Assembly: GCA_965645245.1 (NCBI GenBank)
Contig: OZ287087.1
Location: 1,054,001 to 1,118,000, forward strand
Source: Massalongia carnosa
Taxonomy: Eukaryota
DNA length: 64,000 bases
Direction of reading: 5' to 3'
In this document: in pieces, positions 11,698 through 23,400 of the stretch
How positions within the stretch are numbered: position 1 is the first letter of the stretch
Layout of the letters: every line of letters begins with the position of its first letter
Program-made: the position numbers and the translations under genes
Notes under the pieces: model-generated
What the model was told of the DNA's origin: nothing
The model's input: the letters and a program-made list of their open reading frames with translations, nothing else
Database searches by the model: none

Positions 11698-14600
11698 GCC
11701 CCGTATTCAGTCTCATACGAGGGCTTCAAAAGTCTGATTTAATGATTTATGCATGTCTCCTTTCTGTATCATTTTCACCTCCCCTAATGTCCAACGCTCG
11801 TTTTTCTGCAGCTTCCGCTTTGACCTTGTTTGAAAACGATGAAACTTTCAAAGATAGCCATATGGTTGTCTCATGTATATTACGTTGTCTGCAAGCAAGG
11901 ATAGGAGCTTTAATTCTCGTGGACTGTGGTGCATCAGGTTACTTATTTATCGATAAAGAATTCGCGCACCTTCATCAATTCCCCCTTCACCCCCTTAATA
12001 CCCTCGCCGACTCCTAGGTTTCGATGGTCAGCCTGCTCTGACCGGAAACATCACCCATGTGGCAGAAGTAACCATGGATCTCAATGGATACATAGAGAAA
12101 CTGTTCCTATATGTGACCGGATTAAGACATTACCCCATCGTCCTAGGACACCCATGGCTGCGTCGACATAGCGCTATCACTAACTTCGCCAATAATACCC
12201 TGTCATTATCCTCCCCATTTTGCCTAGCACATTGCTGTCCCGGCCCCGTAATGGTTTATTCAACCACCGCCGAGGAAGAACAGTTCCTTATGCCTGCCGA
12301 AATTCAGAAGGTATGGGAGACTAAAGATCAAGAAACCATTCTGCAATGTAGTCAAACAGAACCATTGAAATTTGACTTTCAGGCTGAAGACGGTCCCAGT
12401 CGAATCCTAACCGCCATGCAAAAAGGCGTCTCCCCTAGGATCCGATACCGGTCCGGGGAGCTACGTTCGTTTAGCACCTCGCCTACATACCTCAAACCCC
12501 CTGCCCAGTAAACTAACCGCGGTTGAATCCGCACCAACCAACCCAGCACAGCTTCGAGTCAGTGAGGTGAGCGCCGGCACATTCGACCGCCTCGCAAGAC
12601 AGAAGGACCACGAGATATTCAGTATCTCCCTCCAAGAAATAGACCGGTTCTTAGGTATAGAATCGCCTTTAAAACCCCCTAGCCCTAGCTCCAGGTCATC
12701 TATTAAGTTAATAGCAACCCAAGTTTTCCCCCCTTTTAACACTAAGGCCTGTCTAAGTGATAAGGACATGCACCTAGCCATTTGCAGAATGCACAATGAA
12801 CTCACCCTAGAAACATCCGTCACTCAAGAAGAACTTGAGCACGTTAGGCAGCAAAAGAACGTTGACCCTGCACCTCTGCTTCCAAAGCAATACCACGACT
12901 ACCTAGATGTCTTTTCCAGAAAGGAGTCCGATAAACTACCAGAACACCGCTCCCATGATCACGCCATCGTCTTAAAAGAAGGTTTTCAACCACCTAATCA
13001 AGCTCTTTACGGGATGAGTCGTGATGAGATCCAGGAACTTCGTCGTTATCTAGATGAGAATCTCACCAAAGAATTCATTCGATTTAGCCGCTCACATGCA
13101 GCCTCCCCGGTTATGTTTATTAAGAAGCCCGGCGGAGGACTTCGATTCTGCGTCGACTACCGAGGATTAAACGCTCACCATAAAAAATCGTTATCCAATA
13201 CCTCTAATCACCGAGACCCTCAACCGTTTGTGCAAAGCCAAGATATTTACCAAGTTGGATATTATATCAGCATTCAATCGCCTGAGAATCAAAGAGGGAG
13301 ACGAAGAACTTACTGCTTTCCGGACTCGTTTCGGTCTCTACGAATATCTTGTCATGCCTTTCGGTCTGTGCAACGGACCTGCCTCGTTTCAACATTTTAT
13401 CAATGACACCCTGAGGGAATACCTAGATAGATTCTACACCGCGTATCTAGATTACATCCTCATCTATAGTGATGACGAAATCGAACATGACCTACATGTA
13501 AAACAAGTCCTTGTCACACTCAGAGAGGCCGGACTCTAAGCGGACATCACAAAGTGCGCCTTCGGAGTCACCGAGGTCCCCTATTTGGGTCTCATCGTCA
13601 CTACTAAGGGAGTCAAGATGGATCCTGCCAAGATCGATACCGTCATCAATTAGCCTGCGCCCGTTAGCGTTAGAGATGTTCAAAGCTTTCTCGGATTCGC
13701 CAATTGCTACAGGCGTTTCGTATTTGGGTTCAGTAAAATAGCCTGCCGTTGACGAACCTAACCAAGAAGGGAACGAAATTCTCCTGGACTAGAGATTGTC
13801 AGCAAGCCTTCAATACGATGCAAAAAGCATTTACCTACGATCTTATTCTCATGCACTTTGATCTAGACAAGAAAATCGTGGTCGAAACGGACGGCTCCGA
13901 CTTTGTATCGGCGGGTATCCTAACGCAATATGATGAAAAAGATATCTTGCGTCCCGTCGCATACTTCTCGAAAAAGCATAACCCTGCCGAATGTAACTAT
14001 GAGATCTATGACAAAGAACTCATGGCAATAGTTCGAGCTTTCGAGGAATAGAGACCTGAACTAGAAGGCTCCGCCCAACCCATCGATGTTATTTCAGACC
14101 ATAAGAACCTGTAATATTTCACCTCTACCAAGCTTTTGAGTCGGCGCCAGGCCCGATAGAGTGAGTTTCTATCTCGATTCGACTATAAGATAGTCTACCG
14201 ACCTGGGAAAGCCGGCGGTAAACCGGATACCCTAACTCGACGGTCAGGAGACCTCCCTGAAGAAGGGGATGAAACCGATAAGCGGAACTCATTTCAGCAT
14301 CAGACGATACTGAAAACGCATAACCTAGACGACGGAGTAGCCGAGAGCTTCAATTCAACAGTAGTTGGAACCTCCCCAGACCCCATAGTGCTCGCTCCTG
14401 CTATTCTTGATCACGAACAAGATCTTGACGAGAATGATGACACAGAGACGGATCATGAAGAACCCCAACTAGATTTAGTTACTCATCAGCTAAACCCCGA
14501 CGATGACCCAATGGACGTGGCCACTCAGGACATTTGGAACCGAGCCCTGGATAGGGATAAGTTTTCACCCCGTGTTCTAGAAATGCTTCGAAACGGATCG

Positions 14601-14941
14601 AGATATCATATCGGCATACAACTAGCAGAGTGAGAAGACAGAAATGGGATTTTGTACTTCAGAAATCGACAATATGTACCCAAATCAGATAGCCTTCGCC
14701 TAAGAATCCTACAACTCGCTCACAATAGTGTCGTAGGTGTACACCCAGGCCGTGCCAAATGTTATGAACTCATCAGTCGCTCTTATTGGTGGCCTAGCAT
14801 GCACAAAACGGTGCAACGATTCGTCGGAAACTGCCATGTCTGCAAAAGTGCCAAACCCTCCCGTGAACGTTATCAGGGGTGGCTTAGGCCCTTACCTCCA
14901 CCTAAGCGTCGCTGGCGCGATGTTGCTATAGATTATGTCGA
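11685..14941 (+). pseudogene. pol: pol of family 2 (PR-RT-RNaseH-partial IN), multiple stops and frameshifts
   Basis: Collinear ORF fragments 11742-14999; catalytic YLDD mutated to YLDY. Confidence 0.9.
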
Positions 14942-16563
14942 GCAAAGACACCAAAGACCACCTATCGAAACACAAGTACCGCAACTTTTGATACTCTAAT
15001 ACTTTCATAGTCAATTGGTTACCTCTCTCTCAGTCATTTGAGCTCCTCCAGAGCAATAACGGACTCAGATTGAGTGTAGGAGAGCTCTAGCAAAGCTCCA
15101 GCAGAGATTTTCTGCCGGTCGCACGCAACAGACGTGATAAAGCGCGCTCAAGAAGTTATAAAAAACAACAAATACCAACAATATCACCAAAAATCGCTCT
15201 TTTTTCTCACTTTCTTCTGTTCTGTTGTCGCATTACCCTCAATTATTACTACAAGAATTATCTACAAAAAATATCCACTGTCGCGGTACCGTACAACAAT
15301 TGTCGAGATGACCAACTTTTTTGAAGTTCCGCAAGCACAAATTTTCACAGTATATTTCACGTATAATTTCGGCATATACCATTTTAGGCTTTATCGATCT
15401 ACATTGAACGGTTGGTCAACAGATCACTGAAAAGAAGGGGAAAAACGTCTGGAATAGGATTTATACCAAAGATCCTATTTCAGATTAATCAGAATAGGAA
15501 GTCTCTTATTATCTTACCTTGCCTTAGATCTATTTTTATCGCAAAAAAGTAAAAAAAAAACTTTCATTATTTTCAACTATTGTAGTGTCTGGTAAAGGGT
15601 TAAATATGATTTACTGCCTAAGCGAGGAACGGTCTATTTTAACCCGATTAGGATTTATTTGACGAGTTATTGTCATATAAATAGGGATAGGGAAGCAAGA
15701 GTCGTTAGACCTGTAAATTGGTGTAAATTTCTATTCTGATTAGTACGTCCGGGGATCATCAGAATAAATTTTTTGGTGGTGATAAAAGGGATATTGAAAA
15801 GGCACATCGATTTATTTATTAAATCATGTTTCAAGCCGGTACTCCCTAGGACTCGACGAATTATATCGAGAGCCTCCCCGGGAACACCCCTGAGCACTCC
15901 TCAAAACCCTCCCCAAATGGAATCTCCGGGGCTCTCGTCAGTAGGACTTATAGAAAAATCGCCTGTACTTGACGAGCCTATGGATCAATCACATGAATAT
16001 TCGTCCGCCCCGACTACGCCGACCCCAAAAGCAACAAAATTCCCAATTGGACAATTTACTACCAATCTACCCATGCCATCGTTAAATTCTAATATAGAAT
16101 TAAGCCCGCCTATCAAACGTAACAAACGAAAAACATTCGACGAACGAGTAGAGGAATGCCAAAAAGCAATCAATCGAGCACAATCAATTGGATTACTCAA
16201 AACGGCCAAAACCGCGTTATTGAAGTCATTTGTCTTAGATCAAAATCCAGAAACAGCAATAGTCATTGATAATGTCAATTCCTTATTGACAAAAAAATCA
16301 CTTAATATCAAAACAACACTAGCCATGATGAATTGGAAATTGGACAAGGTAATTGATCAGACTAGTAATCGAACCTCAGAAACAACGCGAAAATCGACTC
16401 GGGTTCAACAAGTCAATATGACTGAAAATCCAAATAAAGTCGTCAACACGAAGGAACGAAAGGAAACCGCCGGGGTTACAAGTACGAAGGTCAATAACAG
16501 GCCTCCATCCTGGAGTCAAATGCTTGGAAAAGCAACTGCGAATTCCGAAAATTGGACAACTGT
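14942..16563 (+). mobile_element. LINE-A 5' portion (5' UTR plus ORF1 from ATG 15826, cut at ENWTTV)
   Basis: Closely matches ~53860-55500; interrupted by an antisense LINE-A tail. Confidence 0.92.
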
Positions 16564-18234
16564 TTTATTTTTATTTTTTATCTATTAAGTGTATTCAACC
16601 TAAGGTTATGACACTAAACTATTTTAGGATATGTTTCTATATTACAAATAAATCAACCCTTTATAACCCATCTATGTATTGTCAATTTTTCCCCATTTTT
16701 ACTCCGTGTTAGTAACAAAATATAGTAATCGAAGAATATCGATTTTAAAATTTGTCTTTATAAGTTCGTGAATGTTTCAGCATAAATCGTTTCAGATTTT
16801 ACTGTTCGATCTCTCCCCAACCTCCAGTTTCGAAAATCTCGTCATCAAGCTGACCTAGTATCCCTTTTCTTGTCGCGATATGGTTATTGACAATGAATTT
16901 AATCAAAATGTCATTTCCGATTTTTGTATTAAACAACATGTTCAAGTTGATCGTAGTATCTATATTTTGTTTCATGTTTTGAATTTCATCGAAATAGTGA
17001 ATGCAATTCAATAACAGGTGTTCTGGCGTTTGTCGTTGATTGTATTGATTTGTGCAATTTGACGAATTATAATCTTTCAATCGCTGTAAATATGATCGAA
17101 AATAGCCGTGTCCGAATTTTAATTGCATAATAGTAGCAAATATCAATTTGGAACAGTTGTTTGATAAATAATAAAATCTCGATATGCCAGGTTTCATTTC
17201 GAATTTCTCGTAGTATTTGCCTTTTGATTTGCATTGTTGCCATTGATTCGTCCATGTGGTTAGCATATTTTGATTTATTTGATCTTTTACATAATCAAAT
17301 GTTATCGCCGAGGACTCGACTAGGATTTGATTATGGCCCGTCTTTGCTATTTTGTCTGCAATTTCGTTTTCGGTAATATTTGAATAACTCGGAACCCATT
17401 GCAAAATCACCTGAAAATTGCTTTCAAATAAGAGTTTTGCGAGCTTTCGAATTTGTCTGGCGAAAATATGATTTGTCAAGTTCTGAATTTCGTTTATCGC
17501 GTTTATACTATCAGAAAAAATCCAAATCGTTTTTTCTAAGTTCGATAAAATATTAGTATTCGACAATTTATAGACCCATTTCATTGCTTTTAAAATCGCA
17601 TGCAGTTCAGCATTTTTAATGCTTGACTGTTTGCTTAATTTCCAGCTTTTCGAAATCGTATGATACTTGATCAGACAATATTTTTCGATAAATCGATTAA
17701 ATATATTGATAATATTACTCCAATTCCTTATAATTGGCGCAAATGTGACTGCAGACGTTGCAAATTCGATTTTCGATCCATCTGTATAAAGTAAAACTCG
17801 GGATTTATCGGAGTTCATTGATTTAATTTGGTATAAGGTCAAATAATAACTTGATTTAGCAAATTCCTTTGTATTTTCGATTTGAAATTCAATTTTGCAA
17901 GGCGATTCCAGGGTTTAATAAAATGATTTGATTGTTCAAATTCATCAGTTTTGTGAACTATTTCGGAATCGGAATGAAGAACGCGAATTAGCTGACTAGG
18001 ATGTCGTTTATTTGTTTGTTTTTCGTCTTCGTTCCATTCGGCATATTTGTTGTTCCATAAACTTGTGTCAAAACCGATATTTTCGAATTTTATCGAATAT
18101 GTGTTTGGAATTCTTTGACAAATAGGGTTATTTTCGGCAATCTTCAATAATCGAATTGCGTATTTTTGATTTTTCATTAATAATCGAAGTTTAACTGGTA
18201 AAACATGTGATTCAATTTCCATTGCCTGAACAGG

Positions 18235-18441
18235 TGTCAGGGTCCTGGCCTGACCCGACATGCTCTGGTGGTCACGGGACAGCGTGACTCACCTAAGCAG
18301 TAGCGCGCGTCGCTTGACTGGCTAGCGCACCCACGGTAGATTATGTTTAGGAGTTCAGCGATGAGTATTCTTTTCTTTCCTTCCTTGTAGTTAAATTCTA
18401 GTTCATAGCTACTGAATAATATCAGGGTAAGCTGCCTGACA
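18235..18441 (+). repeat. 5' LTR (207 bp), family 3
   Basis: Matches 24613-24819 with 4 substitutions counted by eye. Confidence 0.97.
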
Positions 18442-18442
18442 T

Positions 18443-18453
18443 AATTTAACTAC
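18443..18453 (+). promoter_or_regulatory. Primer-binding site, self-priming (11 nt)
   Basis: AATTTAACTAC is the exact reverse complement of LTR GTAGTTAAATT at 18387-18397. Confidence 0.85.
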
Positions 18454-18637
18454 CTTTAATGCTTATTAGTACTCTTCCAGTCTTCTAGAACTTTCAGCAC
18501 ATTTAGAAAGGGACAACGACCTGCTCCTTTAGCTTTCCAGAACGACCACTAGTGAGAATTCGAGCTGGTCCTCTCTCCAGAACCTTTAGAACTTCTAGAA
18601 TCGAAAGACAGAGCTCTTTTACCTCCAGAACACAGTC

Positions 18638-20454
18638 ATGAGTTCGAAAACTCCCCTGACTGCTCGAAAGGCCGGCGCTCCTCGCGAAGACGCTCAAGCA
18701 GGCCCTGCTTTTAACACTCGCGCCCATTCCATGTCCCATCATTCGGCTCGCTCTGATAGTATGCCAGGGACGTTCCAAGACTCCGAGCTTACACCCGGTG
18801 AGCAGATGGGAGACGAGACAGAATGCACACTAGAAAAGACCCCGAAGGCTGGGTCAGGAAATGAGAAGGAAGGGGCTCGCGAGATTGACATCTCGGAACA
18901 TCCATACTACGAACGAGAAACTCGGAAACATCCCGCACGATACAAAATTCGCAACCTAGAAGACTTCCGATATGCCGTCCTAGACGAGAACGAAGGTCCT
19001 CGTTGGTATGAGTTTTTGTCTAGAGTAATTCCCTATGACAAAACACTGTACGAAAAAATCTTCGGGCTTCATGAGAAGCTTATCAAGACCAAGAAGCATT
19101 TAGAACAATATAAGCAGATTAATGACCGTTTCGCTGACGAAAAGGAGTAAGACGAACGCCAAATCCTTCTTGTTTAGGAAGAGCTTTCGCATAAAGAAAT
19201 TGAGTAGGAAGAAGCCCTCCAGGCCCAACAGGACTTACAGAAAGAGAAGGAGAATCTTGAGCGACGGCTAGCAGCTCCCGACTCCTCTCCTGGCCAACGG
19301 GAGGACACTGCTACAGCCCAGAGCACCACTATAAATCCCCAGAACTGGCGTCCACGTGGCATTCACCCCAGCAAGCCTCTGAAAGGCGAAGACGCTGAGG
19401 AATATAGTCCTTGGCAATACTCACTCCGAAACAAGCTTAAGACCGATTCTCCGCTTTACGCCAACGAGGGGAGCGACGGCTAGCAGCTCCCGACTCCTCT
19501 CCTGGCCAACGGGAGGACACTGCTACAGCCCAGAGCACCACTATAAATCCCCAGAACTGGCGTCCACGTGGCATTCACCCCAGCAAGCCTCTGAAAGGCG
19601 AAGACGCTGAGGAATATAGTCCTTGGCAATACTCACTCCGAAACAAGCTTAAGACCGATTCTCCGCTTTACGCCAACGAGGGCGAAAAGGTCAGTTATGC
19701 TCTATCGCAAATGGAAGCGCCTATCTTTGGGGCTATGCACTCCTGGGTCGTCGACATGGGCGACTCTCTCACCATTGACGCTCTGTTCGACGAGATCGAA
19801 CATTATATGGGCATACATCTCCAGAGTCGAGATGCCAAGAAAGAACTCATCACCATCACAATGAAAAGTGGTAAAAGTGTAAGCGAGTACTATCATCGAA
19901 TTTTTAAGCTTTGGCAAAAGGCCAAAACCCCCATCGACGAGAGGATAGAGAAGTTTCTTGTAACATTAAAGCCAAGCATCTCTAATTCACTGATGGGTTC
20001 AGTTTTCACCGACTTTCGTCCCTTGCTCGACGAAGCTAGGAGAATCGAAGATCGACGCAAGGATGTCGCTCACTACTTTCCTCGGCCAGAGAAGTCTGGT
20101 CCGTCAAAGAACTCTGGTCGCGAAGGCAAGTCCTCGAGTGGACAAACCTCCATTTCCGATTCTCGTCAATCGAGTGCAAAAGAGAAGAAGTCGGGTGATC
20201 ATCCAAACTCCAAGTTCAGCGCCACGATAGTCAAACCCGCTGGTTGGTTAGGGGTTTGGTACGATCCTGACCCCAACCCCAAAAAGTTGGAGAAGGAAGA
20301 GCGAGAGACATTGTCGCGTCAGGGACGCTGTTGGACATGTCGGGGGTCAGGTCATCGAGGAAACGACTCGAACTGCCCTCAATTTAAAGAAAAGAAGCTT
20401 AACACTACAAGAATTGTTGAGATAGACTCTGACTCCGAGTCGGGAAAAGCTTAG
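18638..20454 (+). pseudogene. gag: gag of family 3, disrupted by 3 stops and a 212-bp tandem duplication
   Basis: ORFs 18638..19150 and 19711..20454 fall in one frame if the duplication is removed; knuckle CWTCRGSGH...C. Confidence 0.88.
19259..19682 (+). repeat. 212-bp direct tandem duplication inside gag
   Basis: 19259-19470 is repeated at 19471-19682 (GAGCGACGGCTAG...CCAACGAGGG). Confidence 0.95.
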
Positions 20455-23400
20455 TCCTTTATCAAAATCGCGATCAAGGACGTCTTAAGAAAGATGTCAT
20501 TTGTGAAATTGGTAGCGCTGAAATGAAGACAGTAAGGGTCTCTAGTTGTGCTGTTCTCGATACTGAAAAGAAGATCGAGGGCAAGCATCTAGTATTTAAA
20601 ACTAGCATAGCTGGAATTAAAACTCGTTTACTTGTTGATAATGGAAGTGAGGCTAAGCTCATTGATGAATCCTTCGCGCGTGTAAATAAACTGAACACCT
20701 CCAAATTAGAAACGGGGGTTAAACTGACCCTTGGAAACGGAGAGGTTGCCCAACTTCTCACGAGGACCGCCCTAGTCGACGTCAAAATCGGGGATCATCA
20801 AGAACAAGTCCTTTGCTATGTAGCAAAACTGGACGTGTACGCGGTTATTCTAGGAGATGGATGGCTACAAACTCACAACCCCAGCATTGACTGGAAAAAG
20901 CGAATTATGAAGTTTAACTCTGCCGATTGCTTGGAAATGGGATGCCTTTCGCGTGGAATAACCTGCACCGAATTTGCTGTTGGAAGTAGGGCAAAGAATA
21001 GGATCGGAACAAAAGACGATATCGAAGTCCTTCCGGTCAATGCGAAACATTTCTTTCGGATGGTTAGGAAGAAAGATCACGAGGGATACTTATGGACTCC
21101 CCGAGAACATAAGACCTTCTGTGCCACAACCACTGGGGCCGTCATCTCAAAGGATTACGACAAGTTTATGAAAGGCAAACCCGAGTACTCCCGCGAAGAA
21201 TTGTTGAAGAAAATTCCCTCAGAGTATCATAGCATGATAGAAGTCTTTATGAAGCATAAAGCAGACGAACTACCGGAACATCGTAAGGAGGATCACGAGA
21301 TCAACCTCATGGACGGAAAAGAACCCCCTTATGTCAGGAACTATAAGCCTATGTCAGAACAGGAGTTGGAAGCTGTCAAGAAGTATATTGACGAACATAT
21401 GGGAAAGGGATTCATTCGTCCCAGTTCGTCGACAGCAGCTGCTCCAGTCCTTCTAGTTCGAAAACCAGGTGGTGGACTGAGATTTTGTGTGGACTATCGA
21501 GCCTTGAATGCCATCACAGTAAAGAATCGATATCCTATTCCCCTAATTAACGAGACGCTCGGAAAACTCTCGCAGGCAAAACGCTTCACGAAACTAGACG
21601 TTATTACGGCATTCAATCGTCTTCGAGTAAAAGAAGGACATGAATGGCTTACCGCTTTTAACACAAGATATGGCCAGTTCGAATATCTGGTCATGCCTTT
21701 CGGTTTATGCAATGCTCCAGGAACTTTTCAGAGTTATATAAATAATTCGGTTCGGGAATATTTAGACGTCTTTTGTACTGCTTATCTGGATGACGTCTTG
21801 ATCTACAGTGATAATAAGGAAGAACATTCAGATCACGTCTTGAAAGTTCTTAAACGCTTGGGGGAACGAGGACTCCAAGTTGACATTGACAAATGTGAAT
21901 TCTCGGTGACTAAAGTAAAGTACCTCGGACTTATAGTCACCACTGAAGGAATACAAATGGATTCCGAGAAGATTGAAGCGATTTTGAAATGGGAAACTGC
22001 GGAGTCCGTGAAGGACGTGCAAGCTTTTTTAGGCTTTGCAAACTTCTATCGACGATTCATATCAAAGTTCTCTCAGCGTACAAGGTCTCTGACGGAATTA
22101 ACAAAAGGAGAACAAATAACGACCAAGTCGGGCAAGAAGATAACCCGATATAACGTGTTCACCTGGACCGAAGATTGTAAAAAAGCTTTCGAAGATTTGA
22201 AAGAGGCCTTCACTACTGCACCAGTGTTAGCGCACTATGATCCTTCTCTAGAGATATGGATAGAAATAGACTCTTCGGATTTCGACACTGCCGGAGTCTT
22301 ATCTCAGATGCATGACGGAGTGCTCAAACCGGTAGCATATTTCTCCAAGAAGATGACACCGGCCGAATGTAATTACATGATATATGATAAGGAACTCCTC
22401 GCTATCATAAAGAGCTTCGAGGACTGGCGGCCCGAGGCAGCAAGTGCTGCGCCTGACCAGCCAATCAAAGTTTATACTGATCATAAAAACTTGGAACACT
22501 TTATGACGACAAAGCAACTGAACCGCAGACAAGCCCGATGGGCTGAATTCCTTTCGGAGTTCAATTTCAAAATCATGTATCGACCGGGCAGACAAGGCGA
22601 AAAGCCGGACACACTTACTCGACGTTCTCAAGATCTTCCAAAAGGGTTTGACGACTCTCGACAACAACATCAAATCCAGACATTGCTACAAGAGCATCAA
22701 CTAGACGATGACGTAAAGAAGGCTTTATCAGTGATCTTCTGTGCAAACACAAGAACAAATGACACTGACGAAGAAGCTGAGGAACCCCAGGCTATCGAGG
22801 ACGATGAAGAGGCTCAGGGTCAGATTTTAAATGAAAATCCGGTAAAAGAACTAGGTGAGGATTCGGAAGAAGATCCATCAGCGAAACCTCTAGAAGAACT
22901 AGTTGAAGAAGCTTATGAAAAAGATGAAGTAGTTCAAGACATAATCGCTGCCAAAACACGAGAACTTCGCAAGCTTCCATCGCATCTTATAAAGAAAGGG
23001 ATCAAATTAGCCATGGGAGATCTCAAAGTGAAAGATGAAAGACTATATGTCAAAGATAGGCTGTATGTCCCAGATCATGAACCCCTTCAATTATGCCTGT
23101 TGCAGAAACATCACGAACCTCCTCTGCAAGGACACCCGGGATATAAAAGCATGTATCAGTTACTGATGGAAAACTACTTCTGGTTCGACATGAAGGATCA
23201 CTGCAAAAGATACGCAGTGAACTGCTCCATTTGTCGAAGGTCAAAATCATACAATGTCAAGAAACAGGGCTTACTGAATCCTCTACCCATACCGAACAGA
23301 AAATGGACAGACGTCTCTTTAGATTTTGTGGAGTTTTTGCCGGAATGTCGGCGAAGGAATATAGTGTATCAACACATATTAGTGATAGTAGACCGTCTAA

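Larger units (their letters stand above)
9929..14941 (+). mobile_element. Degenerate, 3'-truncated Ty3/Gypsy LTR retrotransposon (family 2)
   Basis: Putative 5' LTR, broken gag, pol fragments ([36 protein letters not shown]...CHVC); ends within integrase at a LINE-A 5' UTR. Confidence 0.92.

Noticed and set aside
15134..15430. Upstream ORF in the LINE-A 5' UTR (also 54044..54304)
   Set aside because: GTG start, and frame and length differ between copies
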